IMG/VR virus record: IMGVR_UViG_3300020045_002070
Location: 1 to 37,835 of that record
Direction: 5' to 3' (one strand)
Length of the DNA: 37,835 nt
From: a virus
Taxonomy: Duplodnaviria; Caudoviricetes
Part shown: piece by piece, positions 1 through 7,191 of the stretch
Numbering within the stretch: the first letter of the stretch is position 1
How the letters are laid out: every line of letters begins with the position of its first letter
Made by a program: the position numbers and the translations under genes
The notes under the pieces: model-generated
Databases searched by the model: none
Seen by the model: only the letters and a program-made list of their open reading frames with translations
What the model was told of the DNA's origin: nothing

Positions 1-87
1 GTGCGTGTGTGTCACGCGCACATCGCTCGTGTGCGTGCGTCACGTCGCGTTGCGCTCGTGTGCGTGCGCACATCGCGTCGCGCGCGT
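1..87. repeat. GC-rich, largely alternating purine-pyrimidine tract (GT/GC/CA) at left end
   Basis: gtgcgtgtgtgtcacgcgcac...cgcgcgcgt; internal 16-bp direct repeat CGCTCGTGTGCGTGCG at 24-39 and 53-68; abrupt switch to almost pure AT at 88. Confidence 0.9.
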
Positions 88-158
88 AATAATTATAATA
101 TAAGCAAATTAATTTTTTATAATAAATTCAGTAGTTTATAAAATAAATAAAATAATTA

Positions 159-187
159 TTTACTTTTAAAAAAAAATATTATATAAT
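159..187 (+). promoter_or_regulatory. sigma70-type early promoter
   Basis: TTTACT(159-164)-17 bp-TATAAT(182-187) with AT-rich UP-like region upstream. Confidence 0.75.
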
Positions 188-253
188 TTATCCAGAATTA
201 AAAATAATATATTAATAAATAATTTAATCTATTTATTTAATTCCAGATTTATA

Positions 254-265
254 GCTCTTTGAAAA
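254..265 (+). promoter_or_regulatory. boxA-like antitermination element (copy 1)
   Basis: GCTCTTTGAAAA ~65 nt downstream of the promoter; resembles rrn boxA (TGCTCTTTAACA); second copy at 2269. Confidence 0.5.
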
Positions 266-373
266 TTTGCAAGTTATATTTATTTAATTAGCACAATAAT
301 GAATATTAATAAATATAACAGGCTTGTCTGGTCTATCAAGTCTATCTTGTTTAATAAAATAAGAGAGAATATT

Positions 374-646
374 ATGTCAAAATATGTAAAAGACACTTTG
401 GCCAAGTTAGTAGCTCTTAAGAATGAAGAAGATAAATTTGAAAAGATGAGTGACATAGTTAGAGACACACTGGTTAGAATAAGTAACCATGAAGAATATG
501 ATGATATGCAAAGTACTGGCACTATAGATCTAAAGATATCCATGTCTTCATTGTTCTATCATGTCTTTGTAGATGAAGATGAGAAGTTTAATGATTTGAT
601 TGACTATCATGTCAAATATTTAACCAAGATATATGATATAAAATAA
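374..646 (+). CDS. early hypothetical protein, paralogue A (90 aa)
   Basis: Start at ATG 374 (MSKYVKDTL) inferred from alignment with the paralogue at 1168 (MSKYIKEVL). Confidence 0.8.
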   Translation: MSKYVKDTLAKLVALKNEEDKFEKMSDIVRDTLVRISNHEEYDDMQSTGTIDLKISMSSLFYHVFVDEDEKFNDLIDYHVKYLTKIYDIK

Positions 647-689
647 TATAAACCCAAGCAAGATAGATTTGATAGGCTAGACAAGCTAT

Positions 690-720
690 GTATAATAAAT
701 ATATTAATAGTCTTGACTGT
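690..720. repeat. left arm of 31-bp inverted repeat
   Basis: GTATAATAAATATATTAATAGTCTTGACTGT; reverse complement matches 1059-1089 at 30/31. Confidence 0.95.
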
Positions 721-755
721 ATTAATTAATTTATAATATTAAAGGAATATTAAAA

Positions 756-1043
756 ATGATAAATACAAAAGACCTGTTTAATATGAATAAGGCCAACCTG
801 ATTGAAATAATTATCAAGCTTCAGGCTGACCAGAAGAATATCCCAACTGGCAAAAGTGAAGGCCGGAAAGAGCAGGTACTGAAGTGCCTGAGATCTGGCA
901 TATGCACAATAGAGGCTATAGCTAAAGAGCTGGGTATTAATAGCAAGAATGTATCCAGCCAGTTAACCTATCTCCGGAAAGACGGTCACATGATTTATAG
1001 TATCCGGATCAACAATGTCACAACCCTGAAATTAGAAGAGTAG
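756..1043 (+). CDS. winged helix-turn-helix DNA-binding protein
   Basis: RKEQVLKCLRSG-TIEAIAKELGINSKNVSSQLTYLRKDG wHTH pattern; RBS AAAGGA upstream. Confidence 0.8.
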   Translation: MINTKDLFNMNKANLIEIIIKLQADQKNIPTGKSEGRKEQVLKCLRSGICTIEAIAKELGINSKNVSSQLTYLRKDGHMIYSIRINNVTTLKLEE

Positions 1044-1058
1044 TACTGAAAGACCTAG

Positions 1059-1089
1059 ACAGTCAAGATTATTAATATATTTATTATAC
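1059..1089. repeat. right arm of 31-bp inverted repeat
   Basis: ACAGTCAAGATTATTAATATATTTATTATAC. Confidence 0.95.
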
Positions 1090-1167
1090 TGAATACTTTG
1101 TTATCTGACTAGGTGAAAACATGAGTCTGATTATGAAAATACAAAAACTATTAAAGGAAAACTAATT

Positions 1168-1457
1168 ATGTCAAAGTACATTAAAGAAGTGCTGGCCAGG
1201 TTGGAAGATCTTAAGACGGAAGAAGAGCTCTGTGTCAGGTCAGAAAAGATGTCTGGTATAGTCAAGGATACTTTGAATAACCTTGAAGAATCCGGCCATA
1301 TGCAGGTGGCTGGCTCAATAGACCTAGAAATAAGTATGTCTTCGTTGTACTACCATGTCTTTTCGGTGATGATGGTACTGATAAAGACTTCAATGATTTG
1401 ATTGACTATCATATCAAGTATCTAACCAAGATGTATATCTTTCCAGATATGAAGTAA
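1168..1457 (+). pseudogene. paralogue B of 374-646, frameshifted at T-run 1360-1363
   Basis: N-part ...ISMSSLYYHVF matches paralogue A ...ISMSSLFYHVF; homology continues in the -1 frame as FGDDGTDKDFNDLIDYHIKYLTKMYIFPDMK* (paralogue A: FNDLIDYHVKYLTKIYDIK*). Confidence 0.85.
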
Positions 1458-1491
1458 GATTATCAAACCCCTTAACAGAGGAGTCAGTATT

Positions 1492-1749
1492 ATGAGAGAG
1501 CACCAACAAGTTTTACCTCCTGCCAACTATATGTCCAAGGTAACCAGACAAATTTGTCTGGTTAGCCGGGCTATAGACTGTATCAATTATATAGACCCAA
1601 AACTAGATCCTGCAGTCCATAATTCTCGGCCAGAAGGACAAAATGAAAGTATCAGATCTTTAAAAGTTGAACTGGCTAGTCATCTATCAGAGTTGAAACT
1701 GTCTATTGAGATCCTTGAAACTATAATAGATAGTATCAAAGTTTACTAA
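1492..1749 (+). CDS. early hypothetical helical protein
   Basis: ORF with GAGGAG RBS. Confidence 0.75.
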   Translation: MREHQQVLPPANYMSKVTRQICLVSRAIDCINYIDPKLDPAVHNSRPEGQNESIRSLKVELASHLSELKLSIEILETIIDSIKVY

Positions 1750-1766
1750 CTTAGGAGTCTTGTATC

Positions 1767-1958
1767 ATGGAGATCCAACAGATTAAATATGTGGCTGAGG
1801 AGATCAACTCAACTACCCAGATTATTGAAAAGCTGTGCTTGAATATTACACATAGTGCTGACCAGGAGAGTACCCGTATCTACCTTATGAGAGATGAGCT
1901 CAGGGTTAACCTGGATACACTGACTGAGCAGTTTAAAATACTGGAGAGGTTAATATGA
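1767..1958 (+). CDS. early hypothetical helical protein, weakly similar to 1492-1749
   Basis: AGGAG RBS; C-terminus ESTRIYLMRDELRVNLDTLTEQFKILERLI resembles ESIRSLKVELASHLSELKLSIEILETII. Confidence 0.75.
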   Translation: MEIQQIKYVAEEINSTTQIIEKLCLNITHSADQESTRIYLMRDELRVNLDTLTEQFKILERLI

Positions 1959-2050
1959 CGCATTTATTGCTTGGCGTAATCTGTGGCTGCATAGTTGGTG
2001 CAGCTGTTGTCCTGTATGTTGTGGCTGAACTTTTTGATGAGGATATATAG
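1955..2050 (+). CDS. 31-aa single-TM membrane peptide (not in ORF track)
   Basis: MTHLLLGVICGCIVGAAVVLYVVAELFDEDI*; GGAGAGG RBS; ATGA overlap with upstream stop. Confidence 0.7.
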   Translation: MTHLLLGVICGCIVGAAVVLYVVAELFDEDI

Positions 2051-2221
2051 ATGGATAAGACAGACCGTGCAAGACTTACTTTGGCTATTCTCATGTCCAG
2101 TCAGTTAAGAAGAGCAAGACTGGCAGAGCAGCAAAGATTACAAGACAGTGCTACAGTTACATTGATGGTACTGTGCAGCACTATAATAGCCGCTCAGGTT
2201 GTCTGGGCATTGCTGAACTAA
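2051..2221 (+). CDS. 56-aa protein with C-terminal TM anchor (not in ORF track)
   Basis: MDKTDRARLTLAILMSSQLRRARLAEQQRLQDSATVTLMVLCSTIIAAQVVWALLN*; GAGGA RBS; starts right after the previous stop. Confidence 0.7.
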   Translation: MDKTDRARLTLAILMSSQLRRARLAEQQRLQDSATVTLMVLCSTIIAAQVVWALLN

Positions 2222-2228
2222 CTAACAA

Positions 2229-2256
2229 AGGCTTCTCCTTGACCAGGGAGAAGCCT
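2229..2256. terminator. stable hairpin at end of early cluster (terminator or boxB-like)
   Basis: AGGCTTCTCC-ttgaccag-GGAGAAGCCT 10-bp stem; no U-tract on +, short T-rich tail on -. Confidence 0.55.
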
Positions 2257-2268
2257 ATAACCCCACAA

Positions 2269-2280
2269 CGCTCTTTGAAA
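2269..2280 (+). promoter_or_regulatory. boxA-like element (copy 2)
   Basis: CGCTCTTTGAAA, 12 nt after the hairpin. Confidence 0.5.
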
Positions 2281-2339
2281 TTTTGTGAATTTTCACTATT
2301 TGGTTGACCAGAGTGGCAGCATTTAGCCAAATACCATAA

Positions 2340-2875
2340 GAGATTTAGTTTTGTGTTTTTGTAAAAGTTTGGAAATTTAGTTTTGTATAATACGGAATTT
2401 AAAGTCGTTACTTAAAAGGTATCCTGTATTTTATGAAACACAGAATACAGCTTTAGTATTGCAAATAATGGATAAGATAATACGTATTCTGTACAGATTT
2501 GGGAATGCGCAGATTAAAAAAGATAGTAATTTAAGATAGTTATATATATTATTGTATTTTGTATTTATATTTAAAAAATAATATTAATAGATAATAGTAT
2601 AAATGAGGTAAAAAGGTATAATTATATATATATAATAGGGAAAAACGCAATTTTACAAAATACAGAAAAAAGTGAAAAAGTGTAATCATTTCAGTTAGTT
2701 ACAGTATTCTGTATTTTTTTAATTCTGTAACGCGTTACAAAACTGACGTAACTAGCTGATTTTACTAATAAAGTCATTTTAGGTCATACAAAATTAATTT
2801 GTTAACAAAATCAAGTACTTATGTTTACCAGTTTTTAAGTATTTGATTTTATTAACAAATACAAATAATGTATTT
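2340..2875. other. putative replication origin: AT-rich non-coding region with iterated motifs and palindromes
   Basis: No ORF; repeats TATTCTGTA/TATTTTGTA in both orientations; palindrome TGTAACGCGTTACA 2726-2739; 25-bp IR 2797-2821/2836-2860; upstream of the primase-helicase operon. Confidence 0.5.
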
Positions 2876-2876
2876 G

Positions 2877-2905
2877 TTTACTTTTGTCTTAAAACGTGAT
2901 ACTCT
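2877..2905 (+). promoter_or_regulatory. sigma70-type promoter for replication operon
   Basis: TTTACT-17 bp-TACTCT; same -35 as the other phage promoters. Confidence 0.55.
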
Positions 2906-2987
2906 TATCACAATGAGCAATAACCCAAAAATGTCGTTCTTGGCGCTCTCACTGGCCAGGTGGCACTGACAACAAAGGAACACTTAA

Positions 2988-3134
2988 ATGCTTATGGACC
3001 TGGATTATGATGATTTTGACCTGGATAACAGCTCAACCATTACTGCTGAAACACATGATAAGTATCTTACCAACAGCGCCAGCGCAGACAATAGTTTCGA
3101 AGATGCTTTTGAAGCTGCTTGGAGGGACAGATGA
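2988..3134 (+). CDS. 48-aa highly acidic protein (not in ORF track)
   Basis: MLMDLDYDDFDLDNSSTITAETHDKYLTNSASADNSFEDAFEAAWRDR*; AAAGGA RBS; ATGA overlap with next gene. Confidence 0.7.
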   Translation: MLMDLDYDDFDLDNSSTITAETHDKYLTNSASADNSFEDAFEAAWRDR

Positions 3135-3433
3135 CCTCTATTAACCGACATGAGTTCCAACAACAAGCCCGTGAATGGTACGAGTTAAATAAGCTTTCAA
3201 AGGTAAAAAGTATTTGCACTTGCCCTATATGCGGTGCCACTTTTATCAAGAGAAACAAACTTCACACGTTTTGTACTAACTGGTACACTGACAAGTATCA
3301 TGACTGTAAGACCCAGTTTTGGAATGAAATGGATGAAGTCCGTCGGCGTCAAGCCAGAGAGCTTAAAGACTTAAACACATCAACAGGTATGCGTTGGCAC
3401 CAACAAATACACAGAGAGGAGGAAACAGCATGA
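3131..3433 (+). CDS. Cys-rich putative zinc-finger protein
   Basis: CPICG...FCT...DC; GGAGGG RBS before ATG 3131. Confidence 0.7.
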   Translation: MTSINRHEFQQQAREWYELNKLSKVKSICTCPICGATFIKRNKLHTFCTNWYTDKYHDCKTQFWNEMDEVRRRQARELKDLNTSTGMRWHQQIHREEETA

Positions 3434-3684
3434 AATGCGGACTTGGTAGACCCACCGAATTAACTGATGACCAATTGTATGTTGTCAAGATAGGGTACGC
3501 CAATAATATTCCTGCACCTGAAGTAGCACGTTATCTTAACGTATCAAGGCAAAGGATTTATTATTACTATAAACGGTTCAAGGCTGATAGGTATAAATGT
3601 ACACCGCCCCTTAGCCTATCAACCTTACTTGCTCAACACGCCAACACCAGTAACAACATAGCAGCAGAAGGCCTAACATGTTAA
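3430..3684 (+). CDS. stand-alone resolvase/Hin-type HTH DNA-binding protein
   Basis: GRPTELT arm plus APEVARYLNVSRQRIYYY HTH; GAGGAGG RBS; ATGA overlap. Confidence 0.7.
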   Translation: MKCGLGRPTELTDDQLYVVKIGYANNIPAPEVARYLNVSRQRIYYYYKRFKADRYKCTPPLSLSTLLAQHANTSNNIAAEGLTC

Positions 3685-6155
3685 CAATGGCTGCTTTAGA
3701 GCAGTGGACCGATTGTCTTAGTGATAATCACGGAAAACGTCCTCATTATTCTCCTGGTCAAGGTAAAGGTGTTATCTTGGCCAAGGCAATAGAGATGGCT
3801 AGCAGGTCTACACTATCTCCTAACTACGGATTTCTTTTCACTAAAGATGATCCGTATATTGGCATTGATGTCGACGTTGACCCTACAGGGAAGAGCCAGA
3901 ACGCTACTACAGAGATTCCACCTGAACTCTTGTTTTTCCTTAATAACAACCCCACGCATGCACATTACTCACCTTCTGGTAATGGCCTGCATCTCATTTA
4001 CAAGCTTGACCCAATTGCAGTCGCCAAGGTTAATTCTCTTAACATGAAACAGCGGGCGTGCAGACAAGCAGATGGCGCTCTGTTTAATGGTGATTGGCGT
4101 TGGGATAGCAGTTTCTTAACATTTACCCCTAACACATATAACACCTCAACGTCAACTCAAACCATTTCCACTATTGACTATGACACACTGGTCATGCTGA
4201 TAGGCGATCCAGTTCCCAGTTCGTTAGCCACACAGGTGGCACCTATTGTCGATATACGAACTGGGCTTAAGATGCAAGCCTATGTGCCTACTCTTACAGA
4301 CTTGGAACGAGTGCTTCAGGATGTACCATCAACTTTTAACCATCTGGCTAAGAAGGCCTGTAAGACGTTGAAACATTCTCAGCCTTCTACTAATTATGAA
4401 TATTGGGTACTCGTCGGCCAAGCGTGTGCCCACACAAGTCTTATGTTGCAGGCAACTGGGGCAGACACCACAGGGACAACTGGCACAACAGACATAAGCG
4501 ACATCGGGGAAGCCACTGAGGCCTTATTTGTCAATTGGTCTTCCCGTGATCCAGACTTTGTCTCGATAGAGGACGTCCAAACAAAATACCGCAGTCTTCT
4601 TGCGTCTACACAGACCAAGTTCTTTCTTGACACTGCTACCGCGACTTATAAAGTCTTGCTCACACTGGCCAGAGGGGCTATCTTGGACTTTCCAGTTCTT
4701 GTCGGCAAGGCTCTGTTACCTGACATGGGCTCAATCCAAAATGCCTTGTACCTTATGGATTATGAGGAACTAAGTGTTTGGAGTGACACTATGTCAGGTG
4801 GCTTCAGTATCAAGGGTCCAGAGGAGACCATATCAAAGTGGTTCAGGCCGCATCATAGCACCCATGTTGAGCCAGGTTGCAGCGTTACATTTGACGCGGG
4901 CTCACTTGACGTAGCGATGTTACCTTTCTTTCAGAACCGCTATAAACAGTCTATGTCGCCTGCGCAGGCTCGGTCCGCTTGTAGACAGCTGATGCTGACG
5001 GCACATCCCACGAATGCCTTTCGTGACTGGATAGACTCGAAGCCTTGGGATGGTGAGTCTCGACTTGAGGTGGTCTGCAATTCCATAGACTACGCAGACC
5101 ACATGAAACACAATGCTCCATTGTACCATTCGTACATTGAAAAGTCTTTGTTATCAATGATTGGCATTCACTACTGGCCAGAAGATCATCCTAAGATCCC
5201 TGCTATGCTCGTCTTAACTGGTCCACAACACACATACAAGTCTTCGTGGGCTGAATGGCTACTACCTATTGAGTTAAAGAATTATATGGGTATGGCCACT
5301 ACTGACGTCATTATAGCAGGTGGGACTGATCGTGATCGACTGCTCAGCACACGAGCTGTCCTCGTGATCAATGAATGCGAGACACTATTCATACCACGAT
5401 ACGAACAACGGATTAAATCTTCTGTTGACCAGGAGATCGTGACCTATCGTGACCTCTACATGAACACACCTGTGTCCAGACAACGGACAGCACTGATCAT
5501 AGGGACCACGAATAAACCTGATCTGTATACTGGTACAATGGGTACTCGCAAGATCTGGCAGATCCCTGTAAAGACGTGTAATTCGTACCTTATTAAAGAT
5601 TGTGACAAACAACAACTCTATGCCGAGATAAAGGCTCTCCTGGCCAAGAGGAAAGCTGAGAAACCTAATGAGCTTATCCAGCTAGCTTGGCAACAGTCAT
5701 TTGAGGAGAGACAACAAGTGGAGGAGATAAACCGCGAGTCTAAAGGATCTATGGGTATTGACGCTCTACTTGTGGAGATCTTTGGTGACCCTATAACTAC
5801 ACCACTCGATATCGAGGACTACAAAGGGGCACGCGGACTTGTTGTTCGCAAAGGCAATCCTTACTCTTTAGAAAACAAACCAAATGCTTGGACACTTACA
5901 CCACTATTACGCTTCATGCGCGATAGATTCCCAGATGACATTATAGATCGCCGTAGTCTACGTTATGCAGCTATCTCTTACTGTGAGTTATTCACACAAA
6001 GCAAACATGCTATTGTGCAGCCTTTTAAGAGTATCTCAAAAGCTGAGAGACTTGTATTCCGTGGTGTCCTGGAGATTTCTAAATCTGAGAAGTACTATCT
6101 ATTTCCTGCTATAGGACACACGCCAGACGAGAGTGCGTTCAGTGAAGTAGAGTAA
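3678..6155 (+). CDS. AEP primase-polymerase + PriCT + VirE/VapE-like helicase
   Basis: GFLFT..DPYIGIDVD and SPSGNGLH AEP motifs; YEYWVLVGQA..LFVNWS PriCT-2; WDGESRL, MLVLTGPQHTYKS, IIGTTN, GTRKIW VirE motifs. Confidence 0.85.
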   Translation: MLTMAALEQWTDCLSDNHGKRPHYSPGQGKGVILAKAIEMASRSTLSPNYGFLFTKDDPYIGIDVDVDPTGKSQNATTEIPPELLFFLNNNPTHAHYSPSGNGLHLIYKLDPIAVAKVNSLNMKQRACRQADGALFNGDWRWDSSFLTFTPNTYNTSTSTQTISTIDYDTLVMLIGDPVPSSLATQVAPIVDIRTGLKMQAYVPTLTDLERVLQDVPSTFNHLAKKACKTLKHSQPSTNYEYWVLVGQACAHTSLMLQATGADTTGTTGTTDISDIGEATEALFVNWSSRDPDFVSIEDVQTKYRSLLASTQTKFFLDTATATYKVLLTLARGAILDFPVLVGKALLPDMGSIQNALYLMDYEELSVWSDTMSGGFSIKGPEETISKWFRPHHSTHVEPGCSVTFDAGSLDVAMLPFFQNRYKQSMSPAQARSACRQLMLTAHPTNAFRDWIDSKPWDGESRLEVVCNSIDYADHMKHNAPLYHSYIEKSLLSMIGIHYWPEDHPKIPAMLVLTGPQHTYKSSWAEWLLPIELKNYMGMATTDVIIAGGTDRDRLLSTRAVLVINECETLFIPRYEQRIKSSVDQEIVTYRDLYMNTPVSRQRTALIIGTTNKPDLYTGTMGTRKIWQIPVKTCNSYLIKDCDKQQLYAEIKALLAKRKAEKPNELIQLAWQQSFEERQQVEEINRESKGSMGIDALLVEIFGDPITTPLDIEDYKGARGLVVRKGNPYSLENKPNAWTLTPLLRFMRDRFPDDIIDRRSLRYAAISYCELFTQSKHAIVQPFKSISKAERLVFRGVLEISKSEKYYLFPAIGHTPDESAFSEVE

Positions 6156-6195
6156 AATGCAGTAAAGACAAAATTAATAAGAGGCAAAATAAGTA

Positions 6196-6224
6196 TTTAC
6201 TTTGATAGCGAACTGTAGTATAAT
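6196..6224 (+). promoter_or_regulatory. sigma70-type middle promoter
   Basis: TTTACT-17-TATAAT; flanks GCAAAATAAGT and GTTTTTAA shared with the promoter at 8440. Confidence 0.8.
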
Positions 6225-6270
6225 GTTTTTAATGAGTGCGAAACAAAACCAATAAAACGAGGAGACGACC

Positions 6271-6699
6271 ATGATTAAGAAATTGCACACAATTGAATTA
6301 AGGTATTGCGCGGAAGGTGATGAAGAAGATTTAAAGATGCTTCAGAAGTATGAGCCAAAGATCTCTTGGAAAACTAAAGAAGACTTTGTTATACCTATTT
6401 ACAGTCGTTCGAGAGAAGAGTTTGCAGGGTGGACTGAAGAGCAGTTCAAAGTAAAAGCTCAGCAGGACTATGATAACTATATTGCTCAGCCAATCCGCGA
6501 ATTTAGTGTGCCTTTTGAGTGTAAAGGTTTTAGGTATGTAGATCTTACGGCCTTTCTTAAAGAGAAGCGCTTCATACCATTTAATGTTGTAGAAGAACAT
6601 GGCATTGAGATCTCTGACGCTGTAGTTGATAACATGTCCATCAAGATCTCTGATGTGATTCAAGCCTTACATGACATTGTTAGAAAGGCAGGAAATTGA
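6271..6699 (+). CDS. hypothetical protein
   Basis: 142-aa ORF, GAGGAG RBS. Confidence 0.8.
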   Translation: MIKKLHTIELRYCAEGDEEDLKMLQKYEPKISWKTKEDFVIPIYSRSREEFAGWTEEQFKVKAQQDYDNYIAQPIREFSVPFECKGFRYVDLTAFLKEKRFIPFNVVEEHGIEISDAVVDNMSIKISDVIQALHDIVRKAGN

Positions 6700-6959
6700 T
6701 TACTGAAAGACTTGTTACAAGCGTCCTAGAAGCTGCAGTCTTGGTTATCCCTAATAGTTCTTTACGGATAGCCAAGACTGGCGCGCCGATGCTTGTAATT
6801 AAAGGCGACTCAAATGGCCCAAAGCGTTATGCACTGTATTATATAAGGAACGCACGATCATATAAGCTCTTCTGGCCATGGCCATCATATAAAATGCAGC
6901 AGCATAATAAAGACTTTAAAAACCCTTTTGAAGTGAGGAATTTCGTAAATGGACGATAA
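6696..6959 (+). CDS. hypothetical protein
   Basis: TTG start overlapping the previous stop; fills the operon. Confidence 0.65.
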   Translation: MITERLVTSVLEAAVLVIPNSSLRIAKTGAPMLVIKGDSNGPKRYALYYIRNARSYKLFWPWPSYKMQQHNKDFKNPFEVRNFVNGR

Positions 6960-7191
6960 TCAACTGGCCTTGCTAAATACTTTACAACGCGATATCAAGG
7001 ACAACACAAGACGACTGGATAGCATATGTGTACTGCGCAATAGAGCAGATATATGGCTAAACTTATGTAGTACTGGTGAGCGTGCAGTTATGCTCACGCA
7101 TAAAGATGATATGAAAGATGTACTTGATCTCATAGAGCTCAAACTACGGCGAACACTGGCTATACTTAAAGACCAATATGAGGAACTATAA
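6949..7191 (+). CDS. hypothetical protein
   Basis: GAGGA RBS; coupled to flanking genes. Confidence 0.7.
   Translation: MDDNQLALLNTLQRDIKDNTRRLDSICVLRNRADIWLNLCSTGERAVMLTHKDDMKDVLDLIELKLRRTLAILKDQYEEL

Noticed and set aside
756-1043. wHTH as a Z-alpha (Z-DNA-binding) domain matching the terminal tract
   Set aside because: Manual alignment to ADAR1 Z-alpha puts Ser and Thr at the essential Asn173/Tyr177 positions and there is no wing Trp; a generic wHTH is more likely.
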